Part shown: one piece after another, positions 52,968 through 64,000 of the stretch
Layout: each line of letters begins with the position of its first letter
Position numbering within the stretch: position 1 is the first letter of the stretch
NCBI RefSeq assembly: GCF_006345805.1
Contig: NC_043024.1
Location: 4,526,001-4,590,000, forward strand
Direction: 5' to 3'
Source of the DNA: Octopus sinensis
Taxonomy: Eukaryota
DNA: 64,000 nt
Translations under genes and position numbers: made by a program
Notes under the pieces: model-generated
Seen by the model: the letters and a program-made list of their open reading frames with translations, nothing else
Databases searched by the model: none
What the model was told of the DNA's origin: nothing

Positions 52968-53330
52968 ATTGAGCTGGCAGAACCGTTAGCACGCCGGGCG
53001 AAATGCTCAGCGGTATTTCGTCTGCCGGTATGTTCTGGGTTCAAATTCCGCCGAGGTCGACATTGCCGTTCATCCTTTCGGGGTCGATAAATTAAGTACC
53101 AGTTACGCACTGGAGAGGGTGTAATCGACTTAATCCGTTTGTCTGTCCTTGTTTGACCCCTCTATATTTAGCCCCTTTTTGGCAGTAAAGAAATAGGTAT
53201 TTTGTATGCCGGTATGTTCTGGGTTCAAATTCCGCCGAGGTCGACTTTGCCTTTCATCCTTTCGGGGTCAATTAAATAAGTACCAATTACGCACTGGGGT
53301 CGGTGTTTAGCCCCTTGTGGTTAGTAAAGA
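52968..53330 (+). mobile_element. Two partially duplicated SINE copies
   Basis: GCCGGTATGTTCTGGGTTCAAATTCCGCCGAGGTCGAC occurs twice (~53025 and ~53207). Confidence 0.75.
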
Positions 53331-53679
53331 AATATATATGACACATATACAATAGAAATGTTTAATTAAATCTAATACTTACATAGTAATGCATATGCGA
53401 AAAGAGAGAGAGAGAGTCAACGAAGATGTGAGAATATGTTGAAGTGGTTAGAACTAAAGTCAGAGTGGACAATGATAGCTTCAAGAGGATTTCTTCCTCT
53501 TTACAACAAACATTAATTCGTATTTTTCGGGTCAACATAAAAATTGTGTAATCATTCGTTTTGAGTAGACAATAGAACCAACTTTCCGTTAGTTTCCGTG
53601 AGCACGTGTCTTGTCAACTGCATGCTTCTTCTTGTGTGTGTTGCATTTTAAACTTGGTGAAAAATGCCTTAAATATTTG

Positions 53680-54089
53680 GGATCTTTTCGGTTTGAACGG
53701 CAGTTTTTAAAAATAATTTCCACGCAACTAAAAAATTTTAAACTTCGTATACTTGTTGAATCTGTTTATAAAACATCTTTTACTCTTGGCTTTATTTAGA
53801 AAATTCTATACTTTGTAAGATATTTGTCGTTTTTTCTTCAATTTCTGCATTTTCAACCAATTAATGACATCTATTGAGGTAAAAAACATTATGTGCAGTA
53901 TGAATATGTCCCTCGTTTAAGAAACAGATTGGGTTTATTTACATTTGTGAAGAAAAAAAGATCCCCTTCCCACCACCCCTAACCCTAAAACACATTGAAA
54001 TGCAATAGATCGATACTAGGGTCATAATTATGGGTGACAATTTCATATGACACCACTAGAAAAAACTGCCGTTCAAACCGAAAAGATCC
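53680..54089. mobile_element. hAT-type MITE, same family as 39559-39968, independent insertion
   Basis: Perfect long TIRs; 8-bp TSD AATATTTG / AATACTTG. Confidence 0.85.
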
Positions 54090-54239
54090 AATACTTGTTC
54101 TTACAAGCTTCATGTGTGCATGTGAAATCTCGTTTTCTTCTTTTACATATTTTACCTACACATATGAATAGTGGCCCAGCAACAAAATTTGCTAAGGGAG
54201 TGCAAACCCAGGTCCTAATTTTTTTAATGAAAAATGTGG

Positions 54240-54575
54240 ATTTTTCCAATGTTATCACATGTCATACACAACACTGCATTTGCCATTACCCTCCTCCCAC
54301 AGACACCACATGGATCCACCTTACTCACCAACACTTCTTCCACCCCACTCACTATCACCTTTCTCTCCCCAAGGTTTACCTTCAAACCCTTGCTTTCAAA
54401 TGCCTCCTTCCATTTCCAAAACTTCTCTCTCATCAGAACAAGGTCATCTGCATACAGTATCTCTATTTACGGTCTCTTTCTTGCACTCTCCTTCTCCACA
54501 TCAACCACTATTGCAAACAACAATGGTGACAACACAGATCCCTGATGCACACCAACTTTAACCACAAACAAGCTG
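54240..54575 (-). mobile_element. RTE-like LINE RT fragment, inverted paralogue of 39105-39365
   Basis: REKFWKWKEAFESKGLKVNLG...DPCGVCGRRV. Confidence 0.8.
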
Positions 54576-54606
54576 GTTACTATATATATATATATATATA
54601 TATATA

Positions 54607-55099
54607 CTGTAAATCCTCAAGTATAGTCCGCCCTTGAGTATAACACCTAAACCAAAACCTTGTGTATAATACACACCCCTTCTCTAACTTGAGTCCTGCG
54701 TCATTAAGCCAGCAGCACTTAGTCAAACAAACACTTCCAAGCATGCGTAATACAATAGTGGTAATGTTTTTAACTGTTATATGGGAATGTAAATATGTTT
54801 GCAAATTGTTTTTGTTACATGTTATTCTGTGTTCTGAATACTTTTATTTTAATAAATGTTGCTTATTGCAAGTTATGGATGATTATTTTATGACTTCATT
54901 GCTTTCAGGCTTAGCTTAAGGTATTTTCGCGCCTGACAGCACAAAATGCGTCTGAATAAACATTGCCTGACAGCAAAATAGAGACTCGGACATTGCTTAG
55001 AAGATATTTTTCAATTTTAACCTGCTATATAGTACATGCTAGGGATTTTGACCCATAAATTTTGGGAAAACAATGCGGATTATACTTAAGAATTTACGG
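54607..55099. mobile_element. TA-flanked MITE, paralogue of 38285-38688
   Basis: TIRs CTGTAAATCC / GAATTTACGG with TA flanks. Confidence 0.7.
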
Positions 55100-55831
55100 T
55101 ATACATTTACAAACATTTACATGTAGAGAAAAAATGTAAAGGATTTCCTTTAAGAAAATCTTTGAACATACATGTGTGTGGACCCTTGTCCAGATATTAT
55201 GTGATGTTCGTAAAGGGCCATCATGACCGTCATACTTGTGCAGTTGTTCACTTCCAGTCCTCTGCGTAAAATATGTCTCACCAGGAAAAATAATTCCTTG
55301 CTTGGAAACAGGTGAGGATTGGTCACAAGGGACCCAGATGTAGAAAATCTCCATCAATGAATTCCATCTGATCCACAGAAGCATGAATAGGAGAATGTTA
55401 AATGATGAGGATCATCATCATCGTGGTTCCTCTTCTGTATGAATGCATTTACATTTCAATAATTGATCATTTTCATAGATTGATTTAGCACAAATAGCTT
55501 AGGTTACAGTTATATCTTTCATATTAATAGAACTGTGTAGAAACAATTCACCATTTTGAAAGAATGATTCAGGTTTAACATCACAGTGATATGTTTTCCT
55601 TCCTCTGTCAATGCTCTTTTGATTCAATAATGGATGATTTCATGTCAAAGATTTACTATGGATGTCACATTCATATAGTTTCTATCATGTGTAGAGTTCT
55701 TTATAAGTTCCAAGCTTGACCTTCTGACGGAATGTCATGCAAAAATGTCACTGTGCTATGGATCTTTTGCATAACGAATGCACTTGTGTTTAATTAAGTG
55801 ATGATTTTATGAGAATGATTTTCCGCATATA

Positions 55832-57079
55832 TCAGTGATACGGTTCCTCACCTGTATGAATACACTTGTGAGAAGCTAAGTTACAACCATCAGGAAATGA
55901 TTTACCACAGATATCACAGTGATATGGTTTCTCCCCTGTATGAGTACGTGTGTGTTGAGTTAAGTTACGGCTCTCAGAGAATGATTTACCACAGATATCA
56001 CAGTGATATGGTTCCTCACCTGTATGAATACGTGTATGTCGAGTTAAGTTACTGCGAACATAGAATGATTTACCACAGATATCACAGTGATATAGATTGT
56101 CCCCTGTATGAATATGCTTGTGTTTAATTAAGGTACTGCCATCAGAGAATGATTTATCACAGATATCACAGGAATATGGCTTCTCTCCTGTATGAATACG
56201 CTTGTGCTTCGTTAAGCTACTTCCTTCAGAGAAGGATTTACCACAGATATCACAGCGATATGGTTTCTCCCCTGTATGAATACGCTTGTGCTTCGTTAAG
56301 CTACTTCCATCAGAGAAAGATTTACCACAGACATCACATTGATATGGTTTCTCTCCAGTATGAATATGTTTGTGTTTCGTTAAGGTATAGCAAGCAGAGA
56401 ATGATTTACCACAGATATCACAGTGATATGGTTTGTCCCCTCCATGAACCCGTCTGTGAGTAGTTAAGTTACTTCCCTGATAGAATGATTTACCACAGAT
56501 ATCACAGTGATATGGTTTCTTCCCTGTATGAACCCGTTTGTGTTGGGTTAAGTTAGTGCCATCAGAGAATGATTTACCACAGATATCACAATGATATGGT
56601 TTCTCTCCTGTATGAACCCGTTTGTGTCGAGTTAAGTTACCGCGTTGATCGAATGATGTACCACAGATATCACAGTGATATGGTTTCTCCCTTGTATGAA
56701 TACGTTTGTGTTGGGTTAAGTTAGTGCCATCGGAGAATGATTTACCACAGATATCACAGTGATATGGTTTCTCCCCAGTATGAATACGTTTGTGTTTAAT
56801 TAAGCTACTTCCATCAGAGAAAGAATTACCACAGATATCACAGTGATATGGTTTCTCCCCTGTGTGAATACGTTTGTGTGCAGTCAAGGTACTGCTAACA
56901 GAGAATGATTTACCACAGATATCACAGTGGTGTGGTTTCTCACCTGTATGAATACGTTTGTGTTTAATTAGGGTATTGCCATCAGAGAATGATTTACCAC
57001 AGATATCACAGTGATATGGTTCTTGACTTGTATGAATTTCTTGGTGTTTACTGGATTTACGTTTTTCTAAAAATGACAT
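55832..57079 (-). CDS. C2H2 zinc-finger protein ZNF-7, 14 fingers, 415 aa
   Basis: Open finger array; acceptor at 57558 and donor at 59306. The unit is an inverted paralogue of 22285-24700. Confidence 0.9.
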   Translation of the reverse strand: MSFLEKRKSSKHQEIHTSQEPYHCDICGKSFSDGNTLIKHKRIHTGEKPHHCDICGKSFSVSSTLTAHKRIHTGEKPYHCDICGNSFSDGSSLIKHKRIHTGEKPYHCDICGKSFSDGTNLTQHKRIHTREKPYHCDICGTSFDQRGNLTRHKRVHTGEKPYHCDICGKSFSDGTNLTQHKRVHTGKKPYHCDICGKSFYQGSNLTTHRRVHGGDKPYHCDICGKSFSACYTLTKHKHIHTGEKPYQCDVCGKSFSDGSSLTKHKRIHTGEKPYRCDICGKSFSEGSSLTKHKRIHTGEKPYSCDICDKSFSDGSTLIKHKHIHTGDNLYHCDICGKSFYVRSNLTRHTRIHTGEEPYHCDICGKSFSESRNLTQHTRTHTGEKPYHCDICGKSFPDGCNLASHKCIHTGEEPYH

Positions 57080-59974
57080 TTTGTACGTGTCACAGTCATA
57101 TGATGATTTTCAAAATTCTTCAGACACCTCTTCAAGAACAAATAAAATCGATCCTTCAAGTTGTACAGATCAACAACTTTTCAATAATATTTCTTCTCTC
57201 ACCAAAATATATGGATATTTTGCTTCTTTTTGCTTTTATAGTTTATTCCAAACAAATATCACTTCTCTTATATTTGTTCTAAACGTGATCAATGCCAATA
57301 TTTAAAAATGTTGCAAATACTCTTTGGAAATCCATCAAAGTATATTTAAAAGAGAAAATTATCTCTTGCACATTTCAGACACAGAAGTAAAGAAATGCTT
57401 TCTCTCTCAGAGGAAATATTTTACTGTAATTCAGCAATGTTTTATAGAAGCAGGATTATACGTTTGTAGAATATCTTTGCAGAGTCTTTCAAAAATGATA
57501 CATATTGATGATTCTTTAAAAGCAAAAAATACTTTTTAGCCAATTTCAGGCGATTTTCTGAAAGAATAGAAAAAATAATATAAGACATCAAGTATGTTTA
57601 AAAGGCAGATATTCAAAAGTGTAAATTTACGACATTTCTGTTTTCAAAGATTTTAGAAGTAATTCTTTATCTGAACTATTAAATTTATCCCATCTCTCTG
57701 TTTTCAAGAAGTTTATATCAGGGAGTAGATATGTGTAGTATAATAACATCTCCTGGACATTAAGTCTGTCATAGACACACACCAATATACATGTCAATAA
57801 CACTAGATATCTGATGTTTTCATCTCAGTCATGTGTCGTAAAAGAGATATCACACCTCCCCTGCCTCTTTCCGTACATTTATAAATACACACATACAGGC
57901 AGCTTAATGTCAATATTCTGTGGAACATGAAACATGAATAAAAGTCAGGAAATAATCAGTATGGATGACTATCAGCATCAAAATCTTTTGTGGGGAATTT
58001 TTCATGTAGGAAAAATTATTGGTTGAGGTGGAGAAGGAAATTGGTGACAATCCTTCTCAATGGGGGCAAATGATGTAGTTTTAACATTAAATTATTCTCG
58101 TTTTCTTCTTTATTTTTAAATTCTTACACCTTACAATTAATGTTTCTCTTCCTTTTTACATCGCAAGGAAATATTGTTTATCGTGGTGAGTGAAAAATAC
58201 AGCGATGCGTAATCACGGAGGTGTGAGTTCGAATCACATAGCCGGCCGCCAACACTTTTCTGCAAAATAGGGGTAGCTTATCCTGTTCAGGCTATATTAT
58301 TAGCAATATCCTGCCTTTGAGAATTTAAAATCACTTCTTTAACTTCCTAAGACATCTCAAAGCTTCTAAAGCAAACTTCGTTTGTTTGTTTACGTTCATC
58401 GTAATTTGAATTTAAATATATATGTATTACGAAGAGAGAAAAGGATAACTTAGGTAATTATTGAAAATAACATAAAACACAGAGTGCAATTCATATATAA
58501 TGCCTTAAATCCCAACAACGGACCATTGAATGTGTTTATGTGAATAAAGATATTGAAAAACATTAGCACGTAAGAGTGAGAAAGAAACTCGGAAGGTATC
58601 AGGTGTCGTGGTGCGCGATAAATAACAGCTAAACTGCTCTTCAATCGGTTTTTCCCCTTCTTTGTTGGTTTCATAACCGTTTGAATCCTTGCATGTACAG
58701 CAGAAATACGCAGAAATTTTCTGAAAATTCCCCCAAAATAAAAATGTGATAAGCGGTTACATTGGGTGCTTAAAGAAAGATTCCTTTGAAAAATAGATAT
58801 TAATTGTAAGTTGTAATGATGGAGAAGAACCTTCGGAAATAAAGACTTCCTAGGTTTTAAATAAAATCCGTTCCATTTCTTCTGTATACAATATTTACTT
58901 TTCGTTTCAGTATTTCAAGTGCACACTCGTATTTTTATACATTCCGCATGTCTTAGAAATTACATCGTAATTTTCCCGCGGAATTTACATGTGAGGAAGA
59001 AAGAGAAAAGTTATCTACACAAGGTATCCATCGGACGTTAACAAATAATATAGGAAATAAGGAAAGATGCAATGAAATATCTGAATGTAAAGGAGAACAC
59101 AACGAAAGTATTGAAAGAACAGCCTCACCGAAGTTGAAAAAGTAGGTTTCCATCGCAAAAAAATTAGGGAAAGGTAGGTGCGGTCCATGCCCTTTACCTC
59201 CGCTATTTCGTCTTTGTTTAGTGAGATTCTTTCTTGTAACTTACTCAACACATCGAAACAAACAGACGTACGTAATATGATACATATACAATAGAAGTAT
59301 ACTTACATAGTAATATATATTCAGAGAGAGTCAACGATGAAAATATGAGAATATGTTGAATGAGTGAAAAGTTAGAGTGGACAGTGACAGCTTCAAGAGA
59401 ATTTTTACGACGAATATTAATATTTAACAGGTCAACATAATAAAAAAAATGCTGCATTTGTTTCTTTAGACACTTAATTACCAATCACGTGTCTATTTAA
59501 TTAGATTTTCTCTTAAATATCAGTTGTAAAGTCGGAACAGAGCAAGCAATACACGTGCATACGGAGCAACAAAATTAGGAAGAATTAACTCTGAACAAGT
59601 GTCTTGTCTTTATAAGAAATGGGGAATGTATAAAAATACGAGTGTGCACTTGAAATACTGAAACGAAAAGCAAATATCGTATCGAGAGGAAATGGAACGG
59701 CTTTTATTTGAGACGTAGGAAGTCTTTATTTCTGGTGGTTTTTCTACATCATTAAAAGTTAGAATTAATCTGTTTTTCTAATTTATTTAATTTTTGTGTG
59801 TGTGGAGTGCTGCTTTAAGCACCTAATATAATCCCTCGTCACATATTTTTATTTGGGGGAATTTTCAGAAATTTTTGTGTACGAGAAATCGTTCGGTCAT
59901 GCAACCAAAAAAAGAAAAAAATCAACTGTGATTTATGAGCTATTTAGCTGTTATTTTTCGCACATCTCACGACC

Positions 59975-60375
59975 AGTATGGTAATAATTCTCTGCTTAAG
60001 TTCCTCTGGGCTTGCAGGAAGAGGGGAGACATAGACTAGGCCCTCCCTGAGAAAGAAATGGCAAGGTGTCAGCTCAGGTGAACGTAGCGGCCATTTCAAC
60101 AGCACATTGCCTTCTTCAGGACGCGCCAAACTCTTTCAAGGAATCTGGGTCCCCAAACTTGTTCTTCTTATGGATTTCTTGGGGCTTCAAAACAGTTTTT
60201 GGCAAACCCACTCGACTGTCTCTTCCGATGTTAGTGGTCGTCTTGGGCCTTGCACAGACAGCCTTCATTTTTGAGTTTTTTGTATCCTGTCCAAATTCGA
60301 TTTTCGTTGGTAACTTTTTAAAGAACTCTCTCACAAATGCTCACTGCACAGTCTTGTTTGACTGTGTTCCACTAA
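59975..60375 (-). mobile_element. Degenerate Tc1/mariner transposase relic in the ZNF-8 intron
   Basis: KWPLRSPELTPCHFF...EELKQRI (WPPRSPDL-type motif) and N-terminal QSNKTVQ*AFVREF. The ZNF-4 intron keeps only ~37 bp of it (35925-35960). Confidence 0.65.
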
Positions 60376-61312
60376 TTTCATTCTCCACCTCAACCAAAAA
60401 TTTTTCCTACATCTAAAATTCCCCACTAAGGATTTTGATGCTGTTAGTCATCCATACTGATTATTTACTGACTGTTTTTCATTTTTCAAGCTCCTCAGAA
60501 TTTTGACATTAAGCTGCCCGTATCTATGTATTTGTGTATTTACGAATGTACAGAAGGAGGCAGAGGAGTAGTAATGTCTATGTTACCAAACGAAGCTGTG
60601 TTAATACGACACATGACTGAGGTGAAACCATCAGATATCTAGTGTCATTGACATGTATATTGGTGTGTGTCTAGGACAGACGCAATGTCCAGGAGGTGTT
60701 ATTACGATAGATATGTCTGTGATATAAACCTCTTGAAAACAGAGAGATGGGATAAATATAATAGTTCAGATAAAGAATTGCTTCTACAATTTATGAAAAG
60801 AGAAATGTCGTAAATTTTCACTTTTGAATATCTGCCTTTTAAACATACTTGATGTCTTATATTATTTTTTTCTATCCTTTCAGAAAATCACATGAAATTG
60901 GCTAAAAAGTATTTTTTACTTTTAAAGTATCATCAATATGTATCATGTTTGAAAGACTCTGCAAAGATATTCTACAAACGTATAATCCTGCTTCTATAAA
61001 AAATTGCTGAATTACAGTAAAATATTTCCTCAGAGAGAGAAAGCATTTCTTTACTTCTGTGTCTGAAATGTGCAAGAGATAATTTTCTCTTTTAAATATA
61101 CTTTGATAGATTTCCAAACAGTATTTACAGCATTTTTAAATATTGGCATTGATCACATTTAGAAGAACTATAAGAGAAGTGATATTTGTTTGGAATAAAC
61201 TATAAAAGCAAAAAGAAGCAAAATATCCATAAATTTTGGTGAGAGGAGAAATATTTTTGAAAAGTTGTTGATCTGTACAACTTGAAGGATGGATTATATT
61301 TTTCTTGAAGAG

Positions 61313-63173
61313 ATGTCGGAAGAATTAAGAAAATCATCATATGACTGTGACATCTGCAAAGAGTCATTCTCAGAAGAAAGTAAATTCAATCAACACAAAC
61401 AAATTCATACAGGGGAAGAACCATATCCCTGTGATATCTGTGGTGAATTATTGTTTGACAGGAATAGCTTAGCTCAACACAAACGTATTCATACAGGAGA
61501 CAAACCATATCACTGTGATATCTGTGGTAAATCATTCTCTATTGGCAGTAACTTGACTCAACACACACGTATCCATACAGGAGAGAAACCATATACCTGT
61601 GATATCTGTGATAAATCATTCAGTTGAAGAGATAACTTAGCTACTCACAAACAGGTTCATACAGGGGAGAAACGCTATCACTGTGATATCTGTGGTAAAT
61701 CATTCTCTCAAAGTACTAACTTAACAGCCCACAAACGTATTCATACAGGTGAGAAACCATATCACTGTGATATTTGTGGTAAATCATTCTCTGTTGGCTG
61801 TAGCTTAACTAAGCACAAACGTATTCACACAGGTGAGAAACCATATTCCTGTGATATCTGTGGTACATCGTTCTCTCATCACAGTAGCTTCATTCAACAC
61901 AAAAGGGCTCATACAGGCGAGAAACCATATCACTGGGATAGATCATCCTCTGCAAACAATGGCTTAACTACACACATACGGGTTCTTACAGGGGAAAAAC
62001 CTTATCACTGTGATATCTGTGGTAAATCATTCTCTCAGAACGGTAGCTTAAATACACACATACGGGTTCATACAGGGGAACAACCTTATCACTGTGATAT
62101 CTGTGGTAAATCATCCTCTGCAAACAATGGCTTAAATACACACATACGGGTTCATACAGGGGAAAAACCTTATCACTGTGATATCTGTGGTAAATCATTC
62201 TCTGATGGCAATAATTTAACTATACACAAACGGGTTCATACAGGTGAGAAACCATATACCTGTGATATCTGTGGTAAATCATTCTCTGTTGGCTGTAGCT
62301 TAACTAAGCACAAACGTATTCACACAGGTGAGAAACCATATTCCTGTGATATCTGTGGTACATCGTTCTCTCATCACAGTAGCTTCATTCAACACAAAAG
62401 GGCTCATACAGGCGAGAAACCATATCACTGGGATAGATCATCCTCTGCAAACAATGGCTTAACTACACACATACGGGTTCTTACAGGGGAAAAAACCTTA
62501 TCACTGTGATATCTGTGGTAAATCATTCTCTCAGAACGGTAGCTTAAATACACACATACGGGTTCATACAGGGGAACAACCTTATCACTGTGATATCTGT
62601 GGTAAATCATCCTCTGCAAACAATGGCTTAAATACACACATACGGGTTCATACAGGGGAAAAACCTTATCACTGTGATATCTGTGGTAAATCATTCTCTG
62701 ATGGCAATAATTTAACTATACACAAACGGGTTCATACAGGTGAGAAACCATATACCTGTGATATCTGTGGTAAATCATTCACTCAAAGCACTGCCCTAAC
62801 TATACACAAACGTATTCACACAGGGGAAAAACCTCATCACTGTGATATTTGTGGTAAATCATTCTCTGTTGGTGGTAGCGTAACTAAACACAAACGTATT
62901 CATACAGGTGAAAAACCATACCATTGTAATATCTGTGGTAAATCTTTCTCTGATGGAAGTAGCTTAACGAAGCACAAACGTATTCATACAGGGGAGAAAA
63001 CATATACCTGTGATATCTGTGGTAAATCATTCTCTGATAGTGGTAACTTAACTCAGCACCACCGTACACATACGGGAGAGAAGCCATATCACTGTGATAT
63101 CTGTGGTAAATCATTCTCTAAAAGTCGGCATTTAACTAGACATAAGTTTATTCATTCTGTAAAAAAATCCTAA
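61313..63173 (+). pseudogene. ZNF-8, an interrupted array of ~22 finger units with no 5' exons of its own
   Basis: ATG at 61313, TGA at 61625-61627, an extra A in a homopolymer at ~62495, and a final TAA at 63171-63173. Confidence 0.85.
61775..62780 (+). repeat. Near-perfect tandem duplication of six finger units (period 495 = 6x84-9)
   Basis: 61775-62269 repeats from 62270, including the in-frame 9-bp deletion CACTGGGATAGATCATCC. Confidence 0.92.
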
Positions 63174-64000
63174 TCACTGTGATATGTGTGGTAAATAATT
63201 CTCATAAAATCCTTGCTTAGTTAAACACAAGTGCATTCCTTAGGAAGTGGATCCGTAACACTGATATTTGTTTACAACATCTCAAAAGGACAAGCTCGTA
63301 TCTCATAAGCACATCCACAGAAAATAGAAACTATATTACTGAGATATCTATAGTAAATCTTTTACTTGAAACAATCCATTAACGAATCAAAGAACATTGA
63401 CAGACAAGGGAAATCGTATCACTGTGATATCAGTGCTTAATCATTCTTTGAAAATGGTGAATTAATTATGCAGTCATATTAATATGAAAGATGTAATATT
63501 TTTCACATTAATATGACTGTGTATAATTAATTCACCCTCCTCTCTCAATGCTCTTGATATTTGTGTTGAATCAATCTATGAAAATGATCAATTATGAAAA
63601 CATAAATGCATTCATACAGAAGAGGAACCATATCACTACAATGCTGATAATCATCATCATTTAACATTCACTTTTCCATGCTTCTGTCCATCAGATGGAA
63701 TTCATTGATGGAGATTTTCTCCAGCTGGATGCCTTTCCTGTCTCCAATCCTCACCTGATTCCAAGCAAGGAAATATTTTACAAAGAAGACTGGAAATGAA
63801 CAACTGCATTTGCATAATGGTCTTTTACAAGCATCACATAATATTTGGACAAGGGTACACACACACATTTGTGTGTATGTTTGAAAAATTTGTCATAGGA
63901 GAATATTTTAATATTTTCTCTCCCTGTAAAAGTTTGTAATTCCTATTAGAAAATGAAACACATGTAATGCTGAATAAATAATATCAAACTTTTTCTCCAC

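Overview
Eukaryotic, AT-rich DNA with no prokaryotic features. The SINE and MITE content and the gene family point to a coleoid cephalopod, probably Octopus (inference). The window is a tandem and inverted cluster of C2H2 zinc-finger genes with no recognisable effector domain: 7 open finger-array ORFs (labelled ZNF-1 to ZNF-7 here), one interrupted ~22-finger gene (ZNF-8), two units whose coding exon was deleted, and one finger relic. The units share a plan: a GAGTTAGTTCCCC initiator-like motif, short non-coding 5' exon(s) ending in a conserved ACTAT|GTAAGTA donor, an intron, a conserved TTCTTTCAG acceptor, a ~430-nt leader, the finger array and a 3' UTR of decayed fingers. Exon structure is inferred from motif conservation only. 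Four L1/Tx1-type retroelements from two unrelated families all lie in sense orientation at or just after the initiator motif; one is ORF1-only with an 11-bp TSD. Other signals: a complete type I hammerhead ribozyme motif, two GGG-TAG-AAA stops followed by intact fingers, all four combinations of two 5' and two 3' gene types, promoterless ZNF exons that may borrow neighbouring 5' exons, ~3.6-kb inverted arms, and Helitron, mariner, RTE, hAT-MITE and SINE relics. All alignments and identities were judged by eye.
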